Assembly (NCBI GenBank): GCA_016432645.1
Contig: CP066698.1
Location: 837,062 to 901,061, forward strand
Direction: 5' to 3'
Length of the DNA: 64,000 nt
Source of the DNA: Candidatus Falkowbacteria bacterium
GTDB lineage: Bacteria > Patescibacteriota > Patescibacteriia > Patescibacteriales > UBA12465
A program made the position numbers and the translations under genes. This document shows, piece after piece, positions 18,951 through 28,452 of this stretch (position 1 is the first letter of the stretch; each line of letters begins with the position of its first letter). Under the pieces are notes generated by a model. It saw only the letters and a program-made list of their open reading frames with translations, did not search any database and had not been told where the DNA came from.

Positions 18951-20213
18951 ATGAAGGATAATATTGTCGCCGGACTAGATATCGGATCTACCTCTATCCG
19001 CCTGGTAATCGGTCAAAAGATTCCCGGAGTGGCTGGCGATGAATTACAAATTATCGGCGCGGTTTCCGGGCCAACCGCCGGAGTAAGTCGCGGTATAGTA
19101 AATAGCATTGAAGAAACCACTTCTTCTATTTCGGCTGTCCTGGAAAAAGCTGAACGTTTAGTCGGGGTACCGATTAGCCGCGTTTGGGTTAGTATTAATG
19201 ATCCCCATATTAAGTGCGAACGTTCTAAGGGCGTCGTGGCTGTGGGCCGCAGCGATGGTGAAATTAATGAAAATGATGTCAACCGCGCGATAGAAGCGGC
19301 GCGGGCTTTAGCCGTACCGGTTAATTATGAAATTTTGCATGTTATTCCGATAAAATTCAGCGTTGACAATCAATCTGATGTAAAAGATCCGATTGGCATG
19401 AATGGTATCAGATTGGAAGTGGAAACTTTAATCGTTCAAGGGCTCAGCACTCAGATAAAAAATTTAACCAAAGCAATTTATCGCACTGGTTTGGAAATTG
19501 AAGATTTAGTTTTGGCCCCGCTAGCAGCCGCCGAAGCGGTTTTAAGCTCCAAGCAAAAAGAATTGGGCGTGGCTTTAATCAACCTTGGTTCATCCACAAC
19601 TTCACTCGCGGTTTATGAAGAAAGAAATCTAATTCACACTTCAATTTTACCAATTGGTTCCGAACATATTACCGCTGATGTGGCGATTGGGCTCCGATGT
19701 CCGATTAATCTAGCGGAAAGAATTAAACGCGAGTATGGAAGCGCCATTACTTTAGAAGAAGGCGAGCGCGATGAGATTGATATTTCCGAATTAGTCAAAG
19801 AAGAGGAGGTAAATGACGATATTAACACGATTTCTCGTAAATACGTCTCGGAAATTATTAATGCCCGGGCTGAAGAAATTTTTGAAAAAGTTGACCAGGA
19901 GTTCAGGCGTATTGATCGTTCCGGCATGTTGCCGGCGGGTGTAATTTTCGTCGGGGGCGGAGCGGAACTTGACGGCTTGGTAGAATCTGCTAAAAAGAAG
20001 TTAAGGCTTCCGGCGGCTTTAGGGCAAGCTAAGAATATTAACGTGGTTATTGATAAAGTTAAGAATCCGGAATTTTTAACCGCTCTGGGCTTAGTTATCT
20101 GGGGTAGCCACACTGAAGGCGAAGGAATAAGCGCGAGTAATAAATTCAAGAATAACCTTGGCGGTTTATTGGAGAAGACTAAGGGTCTGTTCAATAAAAT
20201 AATGCCAAAATAA
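18951..20213 (+). CDS. ftsA: Cell division protein FtsA
   Basis: Actin-fold motifs AGLDIGSTSIRLVIG and VGGGAELDGL. ftsZ lies immediately downstream. Confidence 0.95.
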   Translation: MKDNIVAGLDIGSTSIRLVIGQKIPGVAGDELQIIGAVSGPTAGVSRGIVNSIEETTSSISAVLEKAERLVGVPISRVWVSINDPHIKCERSKGVVAVGRSDGEINENDVNRAIEAARALAVPVNYEILHVIPIKFSVDNQSDVKDPIGMNGIRLEVETLIVQGLSTQIKNLTKAIYRTGLEIEDLVLAPLAAAEAVLSSKQKELGVALINLGSSTTSLAVYEERNLIHTSILPIGSEHITADVAIGLRCPINLAERIKREYGSAITLEEGERDEIDISELVKEEEVNDDINTISRKYVSEIINARAEEIFEKVDQEFRRIDRSGMLPAGVIFVGGGAELDGLVESAKKKLRLPAALGQAKNINVVIDKVKNPEFLTALGLVIWGSHTEGEGISASNKFKNNLGGLLEKTKGLFNKIMPK

Positions 20214-20241
20214 AGCATAATAAATATAATAGTCAAATCGT

Positions 20242-21435
20242 ATGGCTGAAGTAAAACCAGAAATAGAAACATTTGCAAAAATAAAAGTAGTCGGTGTCGG
20301 CGGCGGCGGTAATTCGGCTATTAACCGCATGGTTGATAGTGGAATTAAGGGCGTTGGTTTTGTCGCCATTAATACCGATATTCAGGCTTTGCATTATAAT
20401 AAAGCCAGCGAGAAAATTCATATCGGTAAAACAGTGACCAGAGGTTTAGGCGCCGGCATGAATCCAGAATTGGGAAAATCAGCCGCGGAAGAATCGGCTA
20501 ATGAAGTTAAGGAATCGCTCAAGGGCTGTGACATGGTGTTTGTAACTTGCGGACTTGGTGGTGGAACTGGTACTGGTGCTTCGCCGGTAGTAGCCCAAAT
20601 TGCCAAGGAGCAAGGGGCTCTAACTGTTGCAGTCGTTACTAAACCTTTTATGTTTGAAGGCGGTCAGCGCAAGAATATCGCTGACAGGGGCTATGCTGAA
20701 CTCGCAGACAAGGTTGATACCATTATTACGATTTCCAATGATAAATTATTGCAAGTGATTGATAAAAAGACTTCGTTATTAGAAGCTTTTAAAACTGCGG
20801 ATGATGTCCTGCGCCAAGGTGTTCAGGGAATTGCCGAAATTATAACCGTGCCGGGTATTATTAATGCCGACTTTGCTGACGTAAAAGCCATTATGTCTAA
20901 TGCTGGTTCGGCTTTGATGGGGATTGGTACTGCTTCGGGTGAGAATAAAGCGGTGGAAGCGGCTAAACAAGCCATAAACTCAACCTTATTGGATATGTCG
21001 ATTGATGGTGCTCGGGGAATTGTCTTTACGATTACTGGTGGTGCTGATTTGAGTATGACGGAAGTAAGCGAAGCGGCTAAAGTTATTACCTCGGCCGCTG
21101 ATGAAGAAGCTAAAATTATTTTTGGCGCCGTGATTGATGAAAAATTAAAAGATCAAATTAAGATAACGGTCGTGGCCACCGGATTTGACGGCCACAGCAA
21201 GAGTCAAAAAGGAGAAACTTCCAAGTCCTCCTATACCCCCAATACTTTCATTGCCGAAAAAGAAACTGAAAAAGAAGATCTGGCGGCGCGAGAAGATCGC
21301 AATAAAGCAAAATTTTCCTCTGTCTTTAAAAATTTACCGCTAAAGCCGACGATTCCCGAGAAGAAAGTAGAAAAACCCGTTAATGAAGATGATGATTTGA
21401 GTGTCCCGGCTTTTATTCGGAAGAAGATGGGGTAA
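20242..21435 (+). CDS. ftsZ: Cell division GTPase FtsZ
   Basis: Tubulin signature [20 protein letters not shown], and the conserved C-terminal peptide [13 protein letters not shown]. Confidence 0.97.
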   Translation: MAEVKPEIETFAKIKVVGVGGGGNSAINRMVDSGIKGVGFVAINTDIQALHYNKASEKIHIGKTVTRGLGAGMNPELGKSAAEESANEVKESLKGCDMVFVTCGLGGGTGTGASPVVAQIAKEQGALTVAVVTKPFMFEGGQRKNIADRGYAELADKVDTIITISNDKLLQVIDKKTSLLEAFKTADDVLRQGVQGIAEIITVPGIINADFADVKAIMSNAGSALMGIGTASGENKAVEAAKQAINSTLLDMSIDGARGIVFTITGGADLSMTEVSEAAKVITSAADEEAKIIFGAVIDEKLKDQIKITVVATGFDGHSKSQKGETSKSSYTPNTFIAEKETEKEDLAAREDRNKAKFSSVFKNLPLKPTIPEKKVEKPVNEDDDLSVPAFIRKKMG

Positions 21436-21455
21436 AAGATAAGAAAAATTTAAAA

Positions 21456-21486
21456 AGAGACGCCACGGAATCGGCGCCTCTTTTTT
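21456..21486 (+). terminator. Rho-independent terminator after ftsZ
   Basis: Stem AGAGACGCC (21456-21464) / GGCGCCTCT (21473-21481) with one mismatch, followed by a T6 run. Confidence 0.65.
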
Positions 21487-21496
21487 ATTTTATAGA

Positions 21497-21525
21497 TTGA
21501 CTCCCTTTCTGTAGTGATGTATGAT
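21497..21525 (+). promoter_or_regulatory. Candidate copA promoter
   Basis: -35 TTGACT (21497-21502), 17-nt spacer, -10 TATGAT (21520-21525). Confidence 0.5.
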
Positions 21526-21533
21526 TAATTTAG

Positions 21534-21552
21534 ACACCTGGGGGGTAGGTGT
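21534..21552 (+). promoter_or_regulatory. Candidate metal-repressor operator (CsoR-like G-tract palindrome) between the copA promoter and the ATG
   Basis: Perfect 6-bp inverted repeat ACACCT (21534-21539) / AGGTGT (21547-21552) around GGGGGGT. It begins 8 nt after the -10 box, 38 nt upstream of the copA start. Confidence 0.35.
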
Positions 21553-21589
21553 TAAAATAAGTAGTAAAAAAGTTTTATATAAATAATTT

Positions 21590-24349
21590 ATGGAAAATAA
21601 TAAAATAGCGGCCGATGTTTCTGCTCAGCGGGTTAATTTAGCGTTATCAGGAATGCATTGCGCTTCTTGCGCTAATTTAATCGAGAAGTCATTAAAGAAG
21701 CTTCCGGGCGTAAAACAAGCCAGTGTTAATTTTGCCGCCGAGAAAGCCAGTATTTTTTACAATAGCACTGAAGTAAAAATTGCATCTTTGCTCCAAGCTG
21801 TTAAAAAAGCCGGATACTATGCGGAAGAAATAGATGTTCAAGATGCTGATTTTGAGAAACGTAGGCAAGAAAAAGAAATTAAAAAATACGCGCAAAAATT
21901 TTGGTTCAGTTTCTTTTTTAGCTTGCCGATGTTGTATTTCATGCTTTTGGACTTTTTTGCTATTCCTGGAAAGACAGCATTACTGCCCTATGTGGGGATT
22001 ATTTCTTTGTTGTTAACTATCCCTATCCAATTTGTGGTGGGAGCCGGTTTTTATAAAGGCTTTTGGTCAAGCTTAAAAATGAAAACTTTTAACATGGATA
22101 GTTTGGTCGCGATTGGCACCTCCACTGCTTTTATTTATAGCTTGGCAAACTTCATTAGTTACTTTATAAAAACGGATTCCCTTATCGGCTTAGGCGGGAA
22201 AATTCCAGAACTATATTTTGAAACTGCTGCTTATCTTATAACTTTTGTGGTCTTGGGTAAATGGTTGGAAATTAGAACTAAAAGCAGGACCGGGGATGCT
22301 ATTAAAAGATTAATGGGGTTGAAGGCTAAAACGGCGCGGGTTATTCGCCATAGACAAACGTTGGATATCGCTTTAGAAGAGGTCGTTTGCGGGGATATTA
22401 TTCTAGTTCGTCCTGGCGAGAAGATTCCGGTCGATGGCAAAATAGTTAAAGGTTCTTCAGCAGTTGATGAGTCAATGATTAGCGGCGAGAGTTTGCCGAT
22501 AGAAAAAATGGTTGGCGATTCAGTTATTGGTAGTACAATCAATAAAACCGGCAGCTTTGAATTTGAAGCAGTGAGAGTCGGTAGCGAGACTATCCTGGCG
22601 CGGATAATTAGGCTGATTGAGGATGCCCAAGGATCTAAAGCTCCTATCCAAGGATTTGCTGATCGAATAGCCGCCGTTTTCGTGCCCATTGTTATTGGGC
22701 TCGCCGTGCTTACTTTTTTGGTCTGGTTTTTCTTATTGGGTTCGACACTTTCTTTTGCCTTAATGGCTTTTACTTCGGTAATTGTAATTGCCTGTCCTTG
22801 CGCCTTAGGTTTAGCTACACCAACTTCGCTTATGGTCGGTACCGGCAAGGGAGCGGAATATGGAATATTAATAAAAGGTGGAGAGCCGCTACAGGCGGCT
22901 GGTCATATTAAAGTCATTATTTTTGATAAGACCGGAACTTTAACTAAGGGCCAGCCGGAAGTGACTGATATTATTGCCTTAGAGAAAATGGCTGAAGCGG
23001 ATGTTTTAGCGATAGCAGCCAGCTTGGAAAAACTATCTGAGCATCCGCTCGCTGAAGCAATTTTCACTCGGGCTGACAGACAATCGGTTTCTCTTAAGGA
23101 AATAAACAATTTCTCGGCCATCCCTGGTCTTGGGGTTCACGGGGAGATTGCCGGGGTAGATTATTATTTTGGTAATCGCCGCCTAATAACGGAAAAATTG
23201 GGACATGTAATTGATGCTATTTATAATCAATTAGTGGAACTAGAATCTCAGGGGAAAACAGTCATACTCTTGGCTACTAAAGATAAAGTGATTGGGGGGA
23301 TTGCAGTTGCCGACACCGTTAAAAGTACTTCAGCAGAAGCAGTTGCCAAATTAAAAAAGTTAGGTCTCCTGGTTTATATGATAACCGGCGACAATGAACG
23401 CACCGCCAAGACCATCGCCGCCCAAGTGGGTATCGATAATATTTTGGCCGAAGTTTTGCCTGAAGATAAGGCTAATGAGGTCAAAAAGCTCCAGGAACGC
23501 GGGTATAAGGTAGCAATGGTGGGAGATGGCATTAATGACGCGCCGGCGCTTGCCCAGGCCGATTTGGGCATTGCCATGGGGTCTGGTACAGACGTCGCGA
23601 TGGAGGCTGGAGGGATTGTTATTATAAAAAATGATTTAAATGATGTTGTCACCGCTTTTCAACTGGCACGTGAAACTATGGGTAAGATTAAACAGAATAT
23701 GTTTTTTGCTCTGTTTTATAATGTTATTGGCATTCCGATTGCCGCTCGAATTTTTATGTCTTTCGGTTTGGTTCTAAAGCCGGAATTGGCCGGCTTAGCC
23801 ATGGCCTTCAGTTCTATTTCGGTGGTCGGGAATTCTTTGCTCTTGCGATATTTTAAACCCAGTAAAAGGAACTATTTATCGCTTATTGCTCCCGTGCTTA
23901 TGATTATTGTTTTTAGCTTTGGTTTTTGGGAGTTTGCTAAGCTCAGCTCTAATATGGAAGCAGGCAGCATGCAAGTTTTGTTAGTTTCTAAACAGAAGGC
24001 CGCTGATTTTGATGTCTTTATTGCCGAGCATGAAGCCAAAATTAACTTTCTCGATGGTCAGCCAAAATTATTTTTAGGAATTGACGTTTTTCCGAGCGAT
24101 ATAAGGCTTGATGAAGGGTCGCTGGTTTTAGGGGATAACGAAATGGTCATTGGCTATAATGAGGCGATGATGATGAAGAAAGAAAAACTCATTCAGGGGT
24201 CGGGTGACAGCCTGAAAGACTTCTTCGGTTTATCAAGTGTTAAGGTTGTCGGTATTTTGGAGCAAACTGGAACACCAATGGATGATTATCATTTTGTTAA
24301 TCAGGCGACGCTGGCTAAAATAAGCGGTGCTTCTGCGTCAAAGCCTTAA
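21590..24349 (+). CDS. copA: Copper-translocating P1B-type ATPase with an atypical C-terminal extension
   Basis: N-terminal HMA domain ([12 protein letters not shown]), TGES-type actuator region (SGESLPIEK), CPC in a TM segment ([11 protein letters not shown]), the DKTGTLT phosphorylation site, and GDGINDAP. An extra 162 aa follow the usual end. Confidence 0.9.
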   Translation: MENNKIAADVSAQRVNLALSGMHCASCANLIEKSLKKLPGVKQASVNFAAEKASIFYNSTEVKIASLLQAVKKAGYYAEEIDVQDADFEKRRQEKEIKKYAQKFWFSFFFSLPMLYFMLLDFFAIPGKTALLPYVGIISLLLTIPIQFVVGAGFYKGFWSSLKMKTFNMDSLVAIGTSTAFIYSLANFISYFIKTDSLIGLGGKIPELYFETAAYLITFVVLGKWLEIRTKSRTGDAIKRLMGLKAKTARVIRHRQTLDIALEEVVCGDIILVRPGEKIPVDGKIVKGSSAVDESMISGESLPIEKMVGDSVIGSTINKTGSFEFEAVRVGSETILARIIRLIEDAQGSKAPIQGFADRIAAVFVPIVIGLAVLTFLVWFFLLGSTLSFALMAFTSVIVIACPCALGLATPTSLMVGTGKGAEYGILIKGGEPLQAAGHIKVIIFDKTGTLTKGQPEVTDIIALEKMAEADVLAIAASLEKLSEHPLAEAIFTRADRQSVSLKEINNFSAIPGLGVHGEIAGVDYYFGNRRLITEKLGHVIDAIYNQLVELESQGKTVILLATKDKVIGGIAVADTVKSTSAEAVAKLKKLGLLVYMITGDNERTAKTIAAQVGIDNILAEVLPEDKANEVKKLQERGYKVAMVGDGINDAPALAQADLGIAMGSGTDVAMEAGGIVIIKNDLNDVVTAFQLARETMGKIKQNMFFALFYNVIGIPIAARIFMSFGLVLKPELAGLAMAFSSISVVGNSLLLRYFKPSKRNYLSLIAPVLMIIVFSFGFWEFAKLSSNMEAGSMQVLLVSKQKAADFDVFIAEHEAKINFLDGQPKLFLGIDVFPSDIRLDEGSLVLGDNEMVIGYNEAMMMKKEKLIQGSGDSLKDFFGLSSVKVVGILEQTGTPMDDYHFVNQATLAKISGASASKP

Positions 24350-24415
24350 TAAGATTAAAAATGATTGTGGATAACTTTAAATAATTTTTATAATTATTTG
24401 AAAATTAGCAAAATC

Positions 24416-24438
24416 GGGGTCACTTTGACCCCTTTTTT
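24416..24438 (+). terminator. Rho-independent terminator after copA
   Basis: Stem GGGGTCA (24416-24422), loop CTT, stem TGACCCC (24426-24432), T6 run. Confidence 0.7.
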
Positions 24439-24461
24439 AAAATTTGCTAAAATAGCATCAG

Positions 24462-24509
24462 ACACAAGATTTAGTGGGTCACATAGAAAAGCCCCACAAA
24501 ATATAGGTT
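24462..24509 (+). promoter_or_regulatory. Tandem NrdR boxes upstream of nrdR-nrdD-nrdG
   Basis: ACACAAGATTTAGTGG (24462-24477) matches the 16-bp NrdR-box palindrome acaCwAtATaTwGtgt at 13/16 positions. CCACAAAATATAGGTT (24494-24509) matches at 12/16. The box starts are 32 bp apart. Confidence 0.55.
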
Positions 24510-24557
24510 TTTACTAGGTTTTTCAAAGATTTTTTTAAAATTTAAGCTTAAAGCTTT

Positions 24558-25016
24558 ATGAAATGCCCAATTTGCTACTACCCTGATACCAAGGTAGTTG
24601 ATTCTCGGGTGGCTTCCGATGGATTATCGATTCGTCGGCGGCGTGAATGTCTAAAATGCTCTTTCCGTTTCTCTACCTATGAAGAAATAGAATTGTTGGA
24701 TTTAGTGATTGTTAAGCGTGATGGGCGTCGCGAATCCTATAGCCGCGAAAAATTGGTCGGGGGTTTAAAAAAATCTTGCGAGAAGCGCCCGATTACCGAA
24801 GACTTATTTAAAAAATTAGTACACTCCACCGAACGTGATTTACAGAGACTGAAGAAGACCGAAATAACTTCCAAACAAATCGGTCAAGCAGTCATGAAAA
24901 ATTTAAAAAAATTAGACCCGGTTGCTTATATTCGTTATGCCTCGGTTTATGAATCCTTTAAGGATGCTCAGGAATTCCGCAAGGAGCTTAATAAGCTCAT
25001 TAAAGAAAAAAAATAA
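24558..25016 (+). CDS. nrdR: Transcriptional repressor NrdR
   Basis: Zn-ribbon MKCPICYYPDTKVVDSR...CLKC followed by an ATP-cone domain. It sits directly upstream of nrdD. Confidence 0.93.
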   Translation: MKCPICYYPDTKVVDSRVASDGLSIRRRRECLKCSFRFSTYEEIELLDLVIVKRDGRRESYSREKLVGGLKKSCEKRPITEDLFKKLVHSTERDLQRLKKTEITSKQIGQAVMKNLKKLDPVAYIRYASVYESFKDAQEFRKELNKLIKEKK

Positions 25017-25044
25017 TTAATCACATATTTTCATTTCAATTCCT

Positions 25045-27105
25045 ATGCCAGAGACTATCAGTAAAATCATTAAACGATCGGGAGAAATCGCAGATTTCAA
25101 TCAAGAAAAAATTAATAAAGCGATTTACAAAGCCGCTTTTGCTACCGGCCTGGATGATAAGCATCTGGCTAAAAAATTAACCGACCAAGTGGTCATGAAG
25201 GTTAATTCTAAATTTCATAAAAATAGTATCCCGGCAGTTGAGGAAATTCAGGATATCGTTGAAGAGGTGCTCCTGGAAAATAAACAGATTAAGGTCGCCA
25301 AAAATTATATTTTATACCGTGACCAGCACCGTCAATTACGCGATATTAATAACGCTACCGCCGATGAGAAGCTAATGGAAGATTATTTAGGGCGTGCCGA
25401 TTGGCGCCTTAAGGAGAATAGCAACATGAGTTTTTCTGTTCAGGGTTTGAATAATTATATTGCTTCCGCTATTTCGGCTAAATATTGGTTGAACAAGATG
25501 TATCCAGAAAACATTCGCCAAGCTCATGTTAACGGCGATTTGCATATCCATGATTTAGGATTATTAGCGCCTTATTGCTGCGGTTGGGATTTGAAAGACT
25601 TGTTGATTAAGGGTTTTAAGGGGGTCAGTGAAAAAGTTCAGAGCAATGCCCCTAAGCATTTTCGAAGCGCTCTTGGCCAGATTGTTAACTTTTTTTATAC
25701 TCTTCAGGGGGAAGCGGCTGGTGCTCAGGCTTTTGCTAATTTTGATACTTACCTCTCGCCCTTTATTCGTTATGATAATTTGAGTTATGAAGAAGTTAAG
25801 CAGGGATTACAAGAATTCATGTTTAACATCAATGTCCCGACTAGAGTCGGCTTTCAGACTCCTTTTACCAATGTTACTTTGGATGTTACCCCTTCGCCGA
25901 TGATTGGCGAAGAAAACGTAATCATCGGCGGCAAAATCATGCCGGAGAAATATAAGGACTTTCAAAAAGAAATGGACATGTTTAATCAGGCTTTTGCAGA
26001 AGTCATGTTAGCCGGCGATTCTACTGGGCGTGTCTTTGGTTTTCCAATCCCGACTTATAATGTTGATAAGGATTTTGATTGGGACCGAGAATGTTTGAAG
26101 CCGGCTTGGGAAATGACCGCCAAATATGGCATCCCATATTTTTCTAATTTTGTTAATTCTGATATGAATCGCGACGATGCTCGCTCTATGTGCTGCCGTT
26201 TGCGTTTGGATAATCGAGAATTAAGAAAGCGTGGCGGCGGTCTATTTGGCGCCAACCCGCTTACCGGTTCTTTAGGAGTAGTAACCATCAATTTGCCGCG
26301 TTTAGGTTATTTGTCTAAAACAAAAGAAGAATTTAAAAAGAAACTGGTTAATCTCATGGAGATTGCCAAAGAGAGCTTGGAAATTAAGCGTAAAATTATT
26401 GAAAAATTTACCGATGACCGTTTGTACCCTTACTCCATGTATTATCTAGAAAATATTAAGGCCCGTTTCGGAGACTACTGGCGCAATCATTTCTCCACTA
26501 TTGGAATTAACGGGATGAACGAAGCCGCCCTTAATTTAATGGGCAAAGATATTTCTACCCCGGAAGGACATGCCTTTGCGGCCGAAATTCTGGATTTCAT
26601 GAGAGAAAAATTAATGGATTTCCAGAACGAGACCAATAACCTTTATAATTTAGAAGCCACTCCGGGAGAAGGCTGTACCTATCGCTTTGCCAAAAAAGAC
26701 CAGCAAATTTATCCGGGGATAATTTGTTCTAATACGGAGGCGGTCCAAAAATTTAAGGCTGATCCTTATTATACCAACTCCACCCATCTTCACGTTAGTT
26801 ATACTGATGATATTTTTTCCGCACTTGATTTACAGGATGATTTACAAACTAAATATACCGGAGGTACAGTTCTTCATGGCTATTTAGGAGAGCGAATGTC
26901 AAATGGCGATGCGGCTAAGAAATTAGTCCAAAAGATTGTTAATAACTATAAACTTCCTTATTTCACAATTACTCCAACCTTTTCAATTTGTCCTAAACAT
27001 GGTTATTTATCCGGTGAACATAAATATTGTCCGAAGTGCGATGAAGAATTGGGTTTTAAAGAAAGTGTGGAAGATATCCGTTTGGCCGAACAAAATCAGC
27101 TATAA
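25045..27105 (+). CDS. nrdD: Anaerobic (class III) ribonucleoside-triphosphate reductase, large fragment lacking the glycyl-radical domain
   Basis: An N-terminal ATP-cone, CCRLRLDNRELRKRGGGLFGANPLTGSLGV, NLEATPGEG, and the C-terminal Zn site CPKHG...CPKCDEE. The ORF stops at TAA 27103 before any RVxGY glycyl-radical motif. Confidence 0.9.
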   Translation: MPETISKIIKRSGEIADFNQEKINKAIYKAAFATGLDDKHLAKKLTDQVVMKVNSKFHKNSIPAVEEIQDIVEEVLLENKQIKVAKNYILYRDQHRQLRDINNATADEKLMEDYLGRADWRLKENSNMSFSVQGLNNYIASAISAKYWLNKMYPENIRQAHVNGDLHIHDLGLLAPYCCGWDLKDLLIKGFKGVSEKVQSNAPKHFRSALGQIVNFFYTLQGEAAGAQAFANFDTYLSPFIRYDNLSYEEVKQGLQEFMFNINVPTRVGFQTPFTNVTLDVTPSPMIGEENVIIGGKIMPEKYKDFQKEMDMFNQAFAEVMLAGDSTGRVFGFPIPTYNVDKDFDWDRECLKPAWEMTAKYGIPYFSNFVNSDMNRDDARSMCCRLRLDNRELRKRGGGLFGANPLTGSLGVVTINLPRLGYLSKTKEEFKKKLVNLMEIAKESLEIKRKIIEKFTDDRLYPYSMYYLENIKARFGDYWRNHFSTIGINGMNEAALNLMGKDISTPEGHAFAAEILDFMREKLMDFQNETNNLYNLEATPGEGCTYRFAKKDQQIYPGIICSNTEAVQKFKADPYYTNSTHLHVSYTDDIFSALDLQDDLQTKYTGGTVLHGYLGERMSNGDAAKKLVQKIVNNYKLPYFTITPTFSICPKHGYLSGEHKYCPKCDEELGFKESVEDIRLAEQNQL

Positions 27106-27210
27106 AAACCAAGTTTAACAGCCATTGTAATTTGTAAAATTATAATTTATAATATAAATACCAACCGCTTCTGATTTTAGAAATAGAAGTAGCTGGTAGA
27201 CATAAAAAAT

Positions 27211-27351
27211 ATGAGCCCTATACAAACTCAAAGACAAGAATGTATCGTCTACAGCCGTGTTGTCGGCTGGCTAACTCCCGTAAAAAACTATAATCCTGGG
27301 AAAGCCAGTGAGTATAAGGATCGTAAGACTTTTAAAGTTTGCGCTGAATAA
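27211..27351 (+). CDS. Separately encoded NrdD glycyl-radical domain (46 aa)
   Basis: Not in the supplied track because it is under 60 aa. ATG 27211 to TAA 27349-27351 translates to MSPIQTQRQECIVYSRVVGWLTPVKNYNPGKASEYKDRKTFKVCAE. This is the canonical NrdD C-terminal segment (SRVVG[YW], NxGK, ExxDRK). It is in frame with nrdD but separated from it by five stops. Confidence 0.75.
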   Translation: MSPIQTQRQECIVYSRVVGWLTPVKNYNPGKASEYKDRKTFKVCAE

Positions 27352-27360
27352 GTAAGCCCT

Positions 27361-28086
27361 ATGATTATCGGCGGTTTGGAGAAATTATCAATTCTCGACT
27401 ATCCCGATCATCTAGCGGCCATTATCTTTACCCAAGGATGTAATTTCCGATGTCACTTCTGTTATAACCCTATGCTTGTCCTGCCCCGTAAGGGAGAGGA
27501 TGAAAAAAATAAAAAAGAAAAAGGTCTTTCTCCGCTTTCCCCTGAAGACCTTTTTCTTTTTTTAAAGGAAAGATATGGCCGTTTAGACGGCGTAGTCATT
27601 ACCGGCGGGGAGCCGACTTTGCATCCCGACCTGCCTTCTTTTATTAGCCAGATAAAAGCTCTCGGCTATGATATTAAGTTGGACTCTAATGGCACTAATC
27701 CCGAGATGCTTCAGGAATTGATAGCTAAAAAATTGATTGATTATATCGCGATGGATATCAAGGCGCCGCTTGCTAAGTATGAAAATACCGTGAGTGCTAT
27801 TGTCGCCTGTGATAATCTGGAAAAAAGTGTTAAAATTATAATTGAGAGCGGCTTGCCGCATGAGTTCAGAACTACAGTCGTGCCCGGTCTTCTGGATAAA
27901 GAAGATTTTCAGGCAATGGGCGAGTTGATTAAGGGTGCTGATAATTGGTATTTGCAAAAGTTTAAATCTGATACCGATTTAGTTGACGGGGCTTTTCAGG
28001 GAAAAGCTGCTTATACTGACCGGGAAATGGCCGAGTTTGCGGCTATTGGTCGGAAGGCGGCCGGCGTTTGCGAAGTTCGCAGTTGA
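27361..28086 (+). CDS. nrdG: Anaerobic ribonucleotide reductase activating protein (radical SAM)
   Basis: CNFRCHFCYNP (CxxxCxxC) cluster motif and VVITGGEPTL. It is adjacent to nrdD. Confidence 0.9.
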   Translation: MIIGGLEKLSILDYPDHLAAIIFTQGCNFRCHFCYNPMLVLPRKGEDEKNKKEKGLSPLSPEDLFLFLKERYGRLDGVVITGGEPTLHPDLPSFISQIKALGYDIKLDSNGTNPEMLQELIAKKLIDYIAMDIKAPLAKYENTVSAIVACDNLEKSVKIIIESGLPHEFRTTVVPGLLDKEDFQAMGELIKGADNWYLQKFKSDTDLVDGAFQGKAAYTDREMAEFAAIGRKAAGVCEVRS

Positions 28087-28100
28087 TAAATTATAAAAAT

Positions 28101-28430
28101 ATGATAAAAACCTCATCAGCCGCTACCAGCGGTGAGCCGTTATCAGCCTCCGAAAAATCAGAGGCCGTTATTTCTGGTTTAGAAGCGGAAAAAATTTTAG
28201 AACAATTGCAGCAGGCTGAAAAATTAAATCGGGAAATATTGAGATCAGTAAAATTTATTAAGCACTATTTTGCTTGGCAATCAGTAATGTCAGCCATTAA
28301 ATATTCCCTATTAGCCGCTGTTATTATTTTGGGCGTAGTTTCTTGGCGCAGTATTGTTGATTATACCAGCCAAGCAATTGGGAATTCTCTGGTCGGCGTT
28401 AGTGTCCCCGGGGGCACGATTTTTAAGTAA
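28101..28430 (+). CDS. Small membrane protein, function unknown
   Basis: ORF with one TM helix (YSLLAAVIILGVVSW). The start is placed at ATG 28101 instead of the track's non-ATG codon at 28068, which overlaps nrdG. Confidence 0.5.
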   Translation: MIKTSSAATSGEPLSASEKSEAVISGLEAEKILEQLQQAEKLNREILRSVKFIKHYFAWQSVMSAIKYSLLAAVIILGVVSWRSIVDYTSQAIGNSLVGVSVPGGTIFK

Positions 28431-28452
28431 TATTATTTTGAGCAAATAAATT

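Noticed and set aside
19634-20278. 214-aa minus-strand ORF antisense to ftsA. Similar cases are 22231-22848 antisense to copA, 58075-58545 antisense to the ABC permease, and 13365-13667, 4970-5335 and others.
   Set aside because: These are shadow ORFs lying entirely inside strongly supported sense-strand genes. Their products are low-complexity and carry no motifs. Apart from clpP and the two tRNAs, no minus-strand ORF in the window is convincing.
27103-27211. An intron, translational bypass (T4 gene 60-like hop), frameshift or stop-codon readthrough joining the two nrdD pieces
   Set aside because: At 105 nt the spacer is far too short for a group I or group II intron. It contains five in-frame stops, so readthrough or a single indel cannot fuse the frames. 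The take-off codon CTA has a matching CTA at 27218-27220, but landing there gives the wrong frame (YKLKDKNVSS...*). A genuine two-ORF arrangement or an assembly error remain the realistic options.
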